Source of the DNA: Bacilli bacterium
GTDB taxonomy: Bacteria > Bacillota_I > Bacilli_A > ML615J-28 > CAG-698
Direction: 5' to 3'
DNA length: 64,000 bases
NCBI GenBank assembly: GCA_050174575.1
Contig: JBFXJT010000003.1
Coordinates: 1,689-65,688 of the forward strand
This document shows, piece by piece, positions 37,746 to 46,546 of the stretch; positions within the stretch are counted from its first letter, which is position 1; each line of letters starts with the position of its first letter. The translations under genes were made by a program, and so were the position numbers. Under the pieces are notes generated by a model that saw only the letters and a list, made by a program, of their open reading frames with translations, searched no databases and had not been told where the DNA came from.

Positions 37746-39449
37746 ATGAATTTTAATGAAACTACTTATATTTGTAAAAACGTATATTCCATTGATGGAA
37801 TATTAAAGTTTGATGGGAAAATCCCCGTTGATATCAATGGGCGTACAGTCACTTATAAAATGTATAGTAATTTCCATGAATTGCTTGATAAAAACATTTT
37901 TGAAGTGAACAATCATGGTCTTTTGTTTTACGTTCATTACGATGAAAATATTAAAGAGGATGGCTATTATTTAAACATTACTACTGAAAATAAAATCATC
38001 ATTAAAGCATCGAATATACGAGGAATCCGTTATGCCTTTAAAATGCTTAACGATTTAGCAAGAAAATCCAATGATGGGTTTTTATTACCCATTGTTTTAA
38101 TCGAAGACGAACCTTCATTCCCTATAAGAGGAATCGTCGAAGGTTATTATGGAGAACCTTGGACGTTAGATGAGCATTTAGATATGGCTGATTTTATGGA
38201 TCAATTTCGTTTAAATGCTTTTATGTACGCGCCAAAAACTGATCAATATCATCGTGAGAAATGGTTTGAATTATATCCGGATGATCTTTTTCAACAATTG
38301 TTAACAATAAAAAACAAGTTAGCAAGCAAGGATATCGATTTTTATTATTGTATCTCACCAGGTCATGCAAAAAATCCAGAAGATGGATTTCAATATGCGA
38401 AGGATGCTGATTTTGACCGTTTATTTATAAAACTTAAACAAGTTATTGATGTTGGTGTCAATCATTTCGGATTATTTTTTGATGATATTGATTATCAATT
38501 AAGTGGAGATAACTTACAACTTTTTAAACGCCCAGGAATTGCCCATGCCCATATTTGCAATAAAGTAATGGACTTTTTAAGAGAGAATGTAATTGACCCA
38601 GTTCTTGTTATGTGTCCAACAGAATATCATCAAATTGGCGCAACAGAATACCGTAATGATTTAAAACAAAATTTAGATGAAGATATTGTTGTTTTCTGGA
38701 CGGGAGACCGCGTTTGTGCAGAAGCTATTACAGAAAATGATGCTAAACAAACAGCAGAAGCTTATGAAAAACCAATTTTTATTTGGGATAATTTCCCTGT
38801 CAGCGATTTTACATACGGCGTGAGAGAATTTATTGCGCCAATTAAAAACAGAGCTGCCAATTTAAGTGATTATGCTTTGGGTTATTTAATTAATCCAAGC
38901 TTGCATTATCATATTTCAAAAATCGGAATGATTACTATGGCTCACTATGCATGGAATTGTCAACACTATGATTATGTGAAATCATATTCCATCGCATTAA
39001 ACAGCGTCAGCCATGAATTTGCAACTTTAGGGGAAGCATACTTCGAATATAATTATCCGAACGTTCTTTCTCATGGGAATTTAGCCTTAGAAAAGCAAAT
39101 GGTAGAAAATCATGATTATTCTGCAATTTTAGCTTATATGGAAAAAGTATCAAAGAGCGCAACGCAACTACTTACCATCAATGAGCCGATTATTGATGAA
39201 CTAAAACCATGGTTATTAAGAGTTATTGATGAAGAAAAAATCATCAAACAAATCATTGATGGAGAACTAAACAAAAAAACATTACTTACTTTCTTGCAAA
39301 ATATCAAATTTTCAGGTGGAAAAATCCTTGATTATTTGATTGCTGACAAAAAATTATTGACCGATGAAGAGTTTACTAATTTGCTTTCTAAACGACGAGG
39401 CGGAGAATGGTATCGTGTGTTTGAATACAAACGCTGGCCAAAGCACTAG
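37746..39449 (+). CDS. GH84-family beta-N-acetylglucosaminidase (O-GlcNAcase/NagJ-like), cytoplasmic
   Basis: 'FPIRGIVEGYYGEPWTLDEHLDMADFMDQFRLNAFMYAPKTDQYHREKW' matches the GH84 catalytic-domain N-terminus, and the catalytic Asp-Asp sits in 'FGLFFDDIDY'. It has no signal peptide. Confidence 0.8.
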   Translation: MNFNETTYICKNVYSIDGILKFDGKIPVDINGRTVTYKMYSNFHELLDKNIFEVNNHGLLFYVHYDENIKEDGYYLNITTENKIIIKASNIRGIRYAFKMLNDLARKSNDGFLLPIVLIEDEPSFPIRGIVEGYYGEPWTLDEHLDMADFMDQFRLNAFMYAPKTDQYHREKWFELYPDDLFQQLLTIKNKLASKDIDFYYCISPGHAKNPEDGFQYAKDADFDRLFIKLKQVIDVGVNHFGLFFDDIDYQLSGDNLQLFKRPGIAHAHICNKVMDFLRENVIDPVLVMCPTEYHQIGATEYRNDLKQNLDEDIVVFWTGDRVCAEAITENDAKQTAEAYEKPIFIWDNFPVSDFTYGVREFIAPIKNRAANLSDYALGYLINPSLHYHISKIGMITMAHYAWNCQHYDYVKSYSIALNSVSHEFATLGEAYFEYNYPNVLSHGNLALEKQMVENHDYSAILAYMEKVSKSATQLLTINEPIIDELKPWLLRVIDEEKIIKQIIDGELNKKTLLTFLQNIKFSGGKILDYLIADKKLLTDEEFTNLLSKRRGGEWYRVFEYKRWPKH

Positions 39450-39461
39450 GAAGGATTAGTG

Positions 39462-40127
39462 ATGATTGAACAATTAAAAAACAAATTGATAGTTTCATGT
39501 CAAGCAAAAGATAATGAACCTTTAAAAGACCCCCAAATTATGGCGAAAATGGCTGCTGCAGCATTACTTGGTGGTGCTGGTGGCATTAGGGCGGCAGGAG
39601 TTAACGATATTAAAGCAATTAAAGCCATGAATGAAACCATTGTTATTGGACTAATTAAAAAAGACTATTCGGATTCTGAAGTATACATTACACCTACTAA
39701 ACAAGAAGTTTTCCAATTGTTGGAAAGTGGTTGTGAGATTATTGCTTTAGATGGTACGAATCGCAATCGGCCCAACAAAGAAACATTATTCAGTTTAATT
39801 TCATTAATTCATGCCAATAACCGTTTAGCTATGGCTGATATTTCCACATTTGAAGAAGCTTTATTAGCCCAACAAGCTGGAGCAGATATGGTTTCCACAA
39901 CGCTTTCTGGTTATACAAGTTATACAAAGAAACGCCAGGGACCCGATATAAAGCTTGTCGGACAATGTGTTTCAAAACTGCAAATTCCTGTGCTTGCGGA
40001 AGGAAGGATTAGAAATCCTCAAGATTTAAAGAAAGTTTTACGAAAAAAACCGTTTGCTGTTGTTATTGGAACAGCAATAACACGTCCAACCGAAATTACT
40101 AAAACTTTCGTAGGGTGTTTTAAATGA
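39462..40127 (+). CDS. nanE: N-acetylmannosamine-6-phosphate 2-epimerase
   Basis: Collinear with E. coli NanE in 'LIVSCQA', 'IIALDGTNRNRP', 'TTLSGYT', 'AEGRIRNPQ' and 'VVIGTAITRP'. Confidence 0.85.
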   Translation: MIEQLKNKLIVSCQAKDNEPLKDPQIMAKMAAAALLGGAGGIRAAGVNDIKAIKAMNETIVIGLIKKDYSDSEVYITPTKQEVFQLLESGCEIIALDGTNRNRPNKETLFSLISLIHANNRLAMADISTFEEALLAQQAGADMVSTTLSGYTSYTKKRQGPDIKLVGQCVSKLQIPVLAEGRIRNPQDLKKVLRKKPFAVVIGTAITRPTEITKTFVGCFK

Positions 40128-41767
40128 ACAGAAAAACGATCAACGAATCTTATAAAGATATTCTAAGCAATTGGAATAATGAATTTTCCCATAATTATCC
40201 GATTACGGAACGATTATTCAAAGAAAAAATTCTTGATTCGCTAGAAATTGTTGCCGATGGTTCATACTCCTTATATGACAAAGAGGAATATATTGGCAGT
40301 GTTATTTTAAAATTTAATCATATTAATGATAAAAAATTGCAAGACTACGCTTATATTTCGTTTATTTTTGTGGCTTCAAAATTTCGAAATCGAGGATACG
40401 GTTCTGTTTTGATAAGTGATGCGCTTAGAATATGTATTGAATATGAAAAAAGCATGTTATATGTAGGTGGTGATAACGATTGCTTGTTTTCCGGTGTTTT
40501 TTTAGATAATAATGAATTTGTTCACCAATTTTTTAAAGAACATCGTTTTAATATTGCTTACAAAAATTATAATTTGATTTGTAAAGAACCACCAAAAACA
40601 ACAAACGACGAATACAAATATACGACGTTAAAGACTGAAAAAGAAAAAAAGGACTTATTAAAGCAAGTTCATAAATTATTTCCTTCAAGATGGCATTATG
40701 ATTTGCAAAGCTGTGAACCAAAAGCTTTTTTTGTTGCGAAAGAAAATGATAATATTGTTGGGGTTGTTCGTTTAAATACGCCTAAATCAAATCACATCGC
40801 CAACAGTGTTAATACTTATCCGTTATACAAAATGCTTGGAGGAATTGGCCCCGTTGCCATCTTCCCCGAAAAAAAGGGTTCGGAATTAGCCAACAACATC
40901 GTCAAACAAGCAGTCAACTATTTGTTCAACTTGGGATGCTCCGAAGTTATTGTCGATTGGACCAATTTTATTGATTACTTTAAAGCTTCGGGATTTTCGG
41001 ATATCTCTAATTCCTATGTTCTCTATGAATTGCGTGTTCAAGAAAAAATCAAAGGGCCAAAAACACATATTTATCAGGTTATCGAAAATGATTTACGACA
41101 TGACATTTTAGAAGGTAAATATAAACATGGAGATATTATTCCTAGTGAAGTGGAATTAGCTTCTACATATAAAGTAACGAGGATGACAGTTAGACAAGCT
41201 ATCAACAACTTGTTAATCGATGGATTTATATATCGTCATAAGGGACGCGGCACGTTTGTAACATATAATAAAAGAAATATTGATTTTGAAGACAAACCTT
41301 ATTTTTCATTTAACAATGATAAGGCAAATAATAATGAATTACGAACGACTGTTTTAATTTTTGAAATCAGGGCAGCAGATGAATTACTCGCTCTGCGATT
41401 ACAACTAAAAACAGGTGATCCGCTTTATTATGTTGAACGGGTTGTTTCCTATGATAATTTACCATTATTGTTTGAAAGATTATATTTACCAGCAAACATG
41501 TATGCCAATTTAAATGAAAAAATATTTGAAAAATCATTTTATCAATATGCGAAAGAGCAGTTGCACTGGAATTTAGTTTCATGCAACATCAATATAGAAG
41601 CAAGAGGTCTAAGTGGACGGGCTGCAGAAGTCTTACAATTATCCCAAGGCGATCCAGCGCTTTATTGCAGTAGTGTAGCTCACTTGGTCAATGGTAGAGC
41701 AATCTTGTATACTAGAACTTTTTTCAATGCGGAACAAGTAAATTTTTCCCATCAATTTTCTTTTTAA
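40124..41767 (+). CDS. Fusion protein: two N-terminal GNAT acetyltransferase-like domains plus a C-terminal GntR/HutC-family regulator (HTH + UTRA)
   Basis: GNAT motif A 'FIFVASKFRNRGYGSVLISDAL' is at ~aa 80-100, and a second GNAT-like region spans ~aa 190-300. The GntR HTH 'SEVELASTYKVTRMTVRQAINNLLIDGFIYRHKGRGTFV' is at ~aa 330-370, and a UTRA-type C-terminal domain follows. Confidence 0.7.
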   Translation: MNRKTINESYKDILSNWNNEFSHNYPITERLFKEKILDSLEIVADGSYSLYDKEEYIGSVILKFNHINDKKLQDYAYISFIFVASKFRNRGYGSVLISDALRICIEYEKSMLYVGGDNDCLFSGVFLDNNEFVHQFFKEHRFNIAYKNYNLICKEPPKTTNDEYKYTTLKTEKEKKDLLKQVHKLFPSRWHYDLQSCEPKAFFVAKENDNIVGVVRLNTPKSNHIANSVNTYPLYKMLGGIGPVAIFPEKKGSELANNIVKQAVNYLFNLGCSEVIVDWTNFIDYFKASGFSDISNSYVLYELRVQEKIKGPKTHIYQVIENDLRHDILEGKYKHGDIIPSEVELASTYKVTRMTVRQAINNLLIDGFIYRHKGRGTFVTYNKRNIDFEDKPYFSFNNDKANNNELRTTVLIFEIRAADELLALRLQLKTGDPLYYVERVVSYDNLPLLFERLYLPANMYANLNEKIFEKSFYQYAKEQLHWNLVSCNINIEARGLSGRAAEVLQLSQGDPALYCSSVAHLVNGRAILYTRTFFNAEQVNFSHQFSF

Positions 41768-41770
41768 TAT

Positions 41771-41795
41771 CAGTGCCATTTTTTGGCACTTTTTA
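41771..41795 (+). terminator. Terminator after the GNAT-GntR gene
   Basis: AGTGCCA-tttttt-GGCACT is followed by TTTTAATTT. Confidence 0.5.
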
Positions 41796-41797
41796 AT

Positions 41798-41809
41798 TTG
41801 TATATACAA
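41798..41809. promoter_or_regulatory. Perfect 12-bp palindrome TTGTATATACAA (GntR-family GT-N-TA-N-AC operator type) in the promoter region of the GHL10 gene
   Basis: Read directly. It lies ~17-28 nt upstream of a TATAAT at 41826-41831. Confidence 0.4.
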
Positions 41810-41854
41810 GTTGGTTATTAAATGTTATAATTAAGAAAAAAAGGAAATGACACA

Positions 41855-44074
41855 ATGAGGAAAATTCTTATGGCTTTTTTATTAACATCACTCGCAGCAA
41901 ACATTTTTGTTAATGCTGAACAAACAACGATTGTCGACGATTATTTAAATGGAAAAGACATCGTTCGTTACGAAAACTACTTAGTTTATTATAGTTTTAA
42001 TTCATCCTTGAAATCTCCTGCAAATCAATGGGGGTATGAAATTGCAGTGAGCCCGGACCATTTTGTAATTGATTGCGATACCAATGCAACCATGGAAGAA
42101 GGAGGTTACATTATTTCTGGTCATGGAACGAAAAAAACAATCCTTTTGGATGTCAATGTTGGCGATCAAGTAAATATCGATTGGGGAACTAAAAAAATTA
42201 TCATTACTAGAGATCCCCTAAAAAGTCCGCAGTTTTTAGCACACCGCTTTAAACAAACGGCAATTGATTATTACAATCAAGCTACAAAATACGGTTATGC
42301 TTTTGATTCTATCCTTGTTAATCAACTGATTGATCTGATTGACAAGGACTGTGATTTAATCGATGAGATTGCTATCAAAAGCGAGCCAACAAGTGATGAT
42401 TTAAATCAAGTAAAATTGTTAGCCGAAAACATCGAGACGCGGGCTTTAACAATCAAATTTCTTACTTCTTATTCTTCAAAAACGGAGATTCGAGCTTTGT
42501 GGCATCGGCCAAATGCAGCAGGGTTAAAAGAGGATAATTTAGACAATTTAAAAGCTTTCGTACAAGAAGTTAAAGATTTAGGGTTTAATACAATTTTTGT
42601 AGAAACATTGTGGAATGGATATGTTAGCTATCGATCAGATATCATCAGCACACACCCACAAGTAGCTGGTTTTACATATGGTGAAGTTTACCAAAACGAT
42701 TATATCGCAGCATTAATTGGCGAAAGCAAAAAACTAGGGATTGATGTTCATGCTTGGTGTCATACCTTCAATGCTGGAAATGTTACTTATAAAGCGGCAT
42801 CAATCAAAGATGAATGGTTACTAGAAAATTACCAAGGCTTAACATTGCACCCTAACACTTACGGTGGGAGTTATTATTTGGATCCATCAAATCCTGAAGT
42901 ATTAACTTACTTAACCAGTGTCTTTTTAGAAATGGTTGAGAAGTATGACTTTGCAGGTATCCAATTAGATTACATTCGTTATTATGATAACAACTATTCA
43001 CAAACGCCCATTAGAGATAGTGGTTACGGATTGCTTCCGGAAAATCGCTTTAAAGAAGCTTATGAATTAACCGGTGATGTCCGTGAACTCATCAAACAGG
43101 AAACAAATTTAGAAAAATGGAACAAATGGCGACAAGACAATGTCACTAACGCCGTCAAAACATTTTCACAAGCTTTACGAAATAAAAATCCCGAAATTGT
43201 CATCTCTGCTGATGTTGTTGCCAATATTACTTATGCAAAAGCAACATACATGCAAGATTGGAAAACATGGGTTGATAAAGGGTATATTGATTTACTTTGC
43301 CCAATGATTTATACAGGAAGTGCCGAAGCAATTAAAGAAGATTCTTTAGCTATTATGAACCAAATAAAAAATTTAGCCTTTTTATCTTCAGGTATTGCAC
43401 CGATTTATTATGGATATTCTGTAGAAATTAACCACGATGAATTTGAAGCAACGAAAAGTGCTGATGGCTTAGCCTTTTTTGCAAGTCAAAATATTGTTGG
43501 GTTACAAGAAGTTTCACAATCAATAAAAACAGGGGTATTTCGATTAGAAGCTACATCCCCACTTCAGAAAACGTCAATTGTTATTGAAAATGGATTGCAA
43601 CATTTAAAAGAATACGTAACTATGGCAATGGTAAATGAACCGCAACAACAAATGTTCCTTGACCATATAAACACGATGAGTGCCATGGATTGCAATAATC
43701 CATCTGATTATCAAAGCCTAATGGAAAAAATGGATTTTGTAAGAACAATATCTCCATATGTTATTTCCAATGACATTAGAGAAATTTTCAACTTGGAATT
43801 GGAACAATTAATTCATGTATTAGACGTCAAGATTAGCCGGGAAATGATTACTTTAGGTTTTTATGACCCCAGTGATGGAAGTCGACCAGACCCTGATTTA
43901 TTTGATTATCCTGTTGATGAACCCGAACCTGAACCAGAACCAGAACCTGAGCCAGAGCCTGAACCAGAACCCACTGACGAAAAAGGATGCTTGAATTTTT
44001 TTACAGCACCTTCAATAATATTCTTCGGATTGATACTTATGTTATTTAGAAAAAAAGAAAGAGGTAATATATGA
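41855..44074 (+). CDS. Secreted glycoside-hydrolase-like protein (GHL10/YngK-YddW-like TIM barrel) with a (Pro-Glu)n linker and a C-terminal membrane anchor
   Basis: Carries a signal peptide. The central region 'GFNTIFVETLWNGYVSYRS...' with 'DVHAWCHTFN' and 'GIQLDYIRY' resembles the DUF187/GHL10 family, though this assignment is unverified. The C-terminus is 'PEPEPEPEPEPEPEPTDEKGCLNFFTAPSIIFFGLILMLFRKKERGNI'. Confidence 0.6.
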   Translation: MRKILMAFLLTSLAANIFVNAEQTTIVDDYLNGKDIVRYENYLVYYSFNSSLKSPANQWGYEIAVSPDHFVIDCDTNATMEEGGYIISGHGTKKTILLDVNVGDQVNIDWGTKKIIITRDPLKSPQFLAHRFKQTAIDYYNQATKYGYAFDSILVNQLIDLIDKDCDLIDEIAIKSEPTSDDLNQVKLLAENIETRALTIKFLTSYSSKTEIRALWHRPNAAGLKEDNLDNLKAFVQEVKDLGFNTIFVETLWNGYVSYRSDIISTHPQVAGFTYGEVYQNDYIAALIGESKKLGIDVHAWCHTFNAGNVTYKAASIKDEWLLENYQGLTLHPNTYGGSYYLDPSNPEVLTYLTSVFLEMVEKYDFAGIQLDYIRYYDNNYSQTPIRDSGYGLLPENRFKEAYELTGDVRELIKQETNLEKWNKWRQDNVTNAVKTFSQALRNKNPEIVISADVVANITYAKATYMQDWKTWVDKGYIDLLCPMIYTGSAEAIKEDSLAIMNQIKNLAFLSSGIAPIYYGYSVEINHDEFEATKSADGLAFFASQNIVGLQEVSQSIKTGVFRLEATSPLQKTSIVIENGLQHLKEYVTMAMVNEPQQQMFLDHINTMSAMDCNNPSDYQSLMEKMDFVRTISPYVISNDIREIFNLELEQLIHVLDVKISREMITLGFYDPSDGSRPDPDLFDYPVDEPEPEPEPEPEPEPEPEPTDEKGCLNFFTAPSIIFFGLILMLFRKKERGNI
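43918..43974 (+). repeat. In-frame hexanucleotide microsatellite (GAR-CCN)x9 encoding the (Glu-Pro)9 linker
   Basis: 'gaacccgaacctgaaccagaaccagaacctgagccagagcctgaaccagaaccc' is read directly. Confidence 0.8.
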
Positions 44075-45030
44075 GTTTAGCAATTAATGTTATTCCAACA
44101 TTGGATAGTCAATTTATAGACAGCCGAAAATTTCAAAACGCAAAAATATTTTATGGAAATATTGAAAACGAGGTAAAACCAATTTTGGCTCCAAAATGTT
44201 TTCTTGGAGCGTGGTATCGCAAAGTTTTTTCATCCTTTGATTATTGGTTAGGGATGGAAGGGGTTATAAAATTAGGTGAATTTACCCCTGATAAGCTTCG
44301 CTTCAACCTTGATGGTAAAGGTCGTTATATGGATAACCCATCAATTTATATGGGAGGGAAAAGCGCCAAAGAAACTGATGCTGGCTTAAACCTCAATTTA
44401 AGTTATCTATCAGATGATACTAAAGACGACTTAGTTCTTTCTTCTCCAAAGCTAGCTTATCGACCATTTTGGCGTTATATTTACAATACTGCGACTGATG
44501 TATCAGGGAATGTTGAACGCCATGAAATTAATTCTTGGAACGTTCATAATCCTAGACATTTAGGAAATTATTATTTTCCCGGCGATGTTATCAAAATGAG
44601 CGTTTATAGTCCGATGAAAGACTACTTACAACTACGTATTGATGTTATTGAACCGACAACAAACCCAAAATATGTGAAAATAAGAAATGGATACAATTTA
44701 GAAAATAATCTTCCCACTTCATTTTTAAGTCCTTTATTTTTTTCTAAAGGACATGGTTATGAAAAAGCCGAATTTAAACGTGTAAATTCCATTGATCAAT
44801 ATGGTAACGAAGGCTTTGTAGCACAAAATACCAATGCCGAAGTATCGGAAGCTGTTTGGCAAGAGGTCTATTTGTACAAAGAAATCGACAAAACAATTTA
44901 CAAAATTCCTTTCTTACAAAGTCGCCAGACATCAATGATTTGCCCAAACACAGATGCTATTACTGTGAAAAATCATCCAGTTGATCCCACTGGAGAATCA
45001 GTTATCATTCATCCAGGAAAAAGGAATTAA
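44071..45030 (+). CDS. Unknown-family cytoplasmic protein, 319 aa, paralog B
   Basis: Paralog of the 36777-37736 product with the same conserved blocks. Its start overlaps the upstream stop as ATGA. Confidence 0.5.
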   Translation: MSLAINVIPTLDSQFIDSRKFQNAKIFYGNIENEVKPILAPKCFLGAWYRKVFSSFDYWLGMEGVIKLGEFTPDKLRFNLDGKGRYMDNPSIYMGGKSAKETDAGLNLNLSYLSDDTKDDLVLSSPKLAYRPFWRYIYNTATDVSGNVERHEINSWNVHNPRHLGNYYFPGDVIKMSVYSPMKDYLQLRIDVIEPTTNPKYVKIRNGYNLENNLPTSFLSPLFFSKGHGYEKAEFKRVNSIDQYGNEGFVAQNTNAEVSEAVWQEVYLYKEIDKTIYKIPFLQSRQTSMICPNTDAITVKNHPVDPTGESVIIHPGKRN

Positions 45031-45042
45031 AAGGCCGAACTT

Positions 45043-46545
45043 ATGAAAAAAATAGTTTATATTCCCCTTGATGAACGACCTTGCAACTATGATTTTCCTA
45101 ACGAGATTTTTCAAAATTCCCAAACAAATATTGTCATTCCCCCAATCAATATTATGGGAGACAAAAAAATGCCGGCTAACCATAATGCTTTAGAAGCTTT
45201 TCTCTTAAAAGAGACAAAGGATGCCGACGGTTTAGTCATTTCTTTAGACACACTAATTTATGGTGGGATTGTTCCTTCTCGTTTACATTATTTAGATGTT
45301 AGCGTATTAAAAGAGCGATTATTATTTATTGAGCAGATTAAAAAACAAACGCCAAAATTACCTATTTTTGCTTTCCAATTAATCATGCGTTGTCCCCAAA
45401 ATAATTCAAGCGATGAAGAACCAGAATATTACAAGCATTCTGGAAGAAGCATTTATTTAAATGGTTATTATCAAAACAAAAAACAATTAGGCATTATTAC
45501 CGAAGAAGAAGAAAAACATTGGAAAACATTGTCAATTGAAGATACCTATTTAAATGATTTTTTACAAAGACGATTTACAAATAAACAAATTAATATTTTT
45601 GCTCTCAATTTGCTTGAGAAAGAGATGATTGACTTTTTGGTTGTTCCTCAAGATGATGCGAGCGAATATGGGTATACAGCGATAGATCAAGTAGATATTA
45701 GAGAAATCATCCGTCAAAAGCAACTGATGTTAAAAGCATATATGTATCCAGGAGCCGATGAAGTCGGATGTATCTTATTGAGTCGTATGATTAACCATTT
45801 AGAAAATAAAAAGCCTGCTTTTTTTGTTAAGTATCCATCACCAACAACACCAATGGTGATTCCTTGTTTAGAGGATCGCTATGTCGATGTAACCATTAAA
45901 TATCATATTGCTTGTACGGGTGGAATTACTGTTCCTTCTTTAGCAGATGCAGACATTGTTTTACTAGCTTTCCTTGGAGCAACTAAAATGATTTCTCATC
46001 CAAACAATGAACCAAGTTTGGATGTTGATGTCATGTGTAACTTTACGGAAATGATGGAGTTTGCGGATTATGCAATCAAAAAGGGATATCCCGTTGCTAT
46101 TGGTGATTTAGTTTACCTTAATGGTGGTTCGCTAGATATCTTACATTTTTTAGAAGCAAAGCAACTAACAATGAAAGTTGCATCGTATGCTGGATGGAAT
46201 ACATCAAGTAATTCTTTAGGAACAGCCATTGCTCAAGCGATTCAGTTTTGGTACCAAGGAAATACTTTGTCACATCAAGCTTTCTTGATTAAACGCTATG
46301 TGGAAGACGTGGGCTATTGTGGAATTGTTCGAGCTGATGTTACAAAAGAACTTGCAAAACATCAAATGGATTATTTTAATGTTAATGAAAAAGATGGTAT
46401 TGCTGCCAAACTCGTCAATCATGGATTGCAAAAATTCATCCATGAACATTTAACAAGTATCAGTCACCAATTTACCGTTACAAAAGTAAACTTACCTTGG
46501 AAGCGGATGTTTGAAGTCGCTTTTGAAGTTCATTTGAAGGATTGA
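45043..46545 (+). CDS. Uncharacterised cytoplasmic protein, paralog B of the ~500 aa DUF4127-like family
   Basis: Carries the N-terminal 'KIVYIPLDERPCNYDFP', 'DTLIYGGIVPSRLH', 'QLIMRCPQ', 'FLVVPQDD', 'YMYPGADE' and 'AGWNTSSNSLGTAIAQA' motifs, all shared with paralog C. Confidence 0.5.
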   Translation: MKKIVYIPLDERPCNYDFPNEIFQNSQTNIVIPPINIMGDKKMPANHNALEAFLLKETKDADGLVISLDTLIYGGIVPSRLHYLDVSVLKERLLFIEQIKKQTPKLPIFAFQLIMRCPQNNSSDEEPEYYKHSGRSIYLNGYYQNKKQLGIITEEEEKHWKTLSIEDTYLNDFLQRRFTNKQINIFALNLLEKEMIDFLVVPQDDASEYGYTAIDQVDIREIIRQKQLMLKAYMYPGADEVGCILLSRMINHLENKKPAFFVKYPSPTTPMVIPCLEDRYVDVTIKYHIACTGGITVPSLADADIVLLAFLGATKMISHPNNEPSLDVDVMCNFTEMMEFADYAIKKGYPVAIGDLVYLNGGSLDILHFLEAKQLTMKVASYAGWNTSSNSLGTAIAQAIQFWYQGNTLSHQAFLIKRYVEDVGYCGIVRADVTKELAKHQMDYFNVNEKDGIAAKLVNHGLQKFIHEHLTSISHQFTVTKVNLPWKRMFEVAFEVHLKD

Positions 46546-46546
46546 T

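Noticed and set aside
43918-43974. The PEPEPE repeat as a PEP-CTERM exosortase signal
   Set aside because: It is an acidic Glu-Pro linker, not the P-E-P tripeptide followed by a TM and Arg-rich tail of PEP-CTERM. The anchoring cassette is treated separately as a possible new sorting class.
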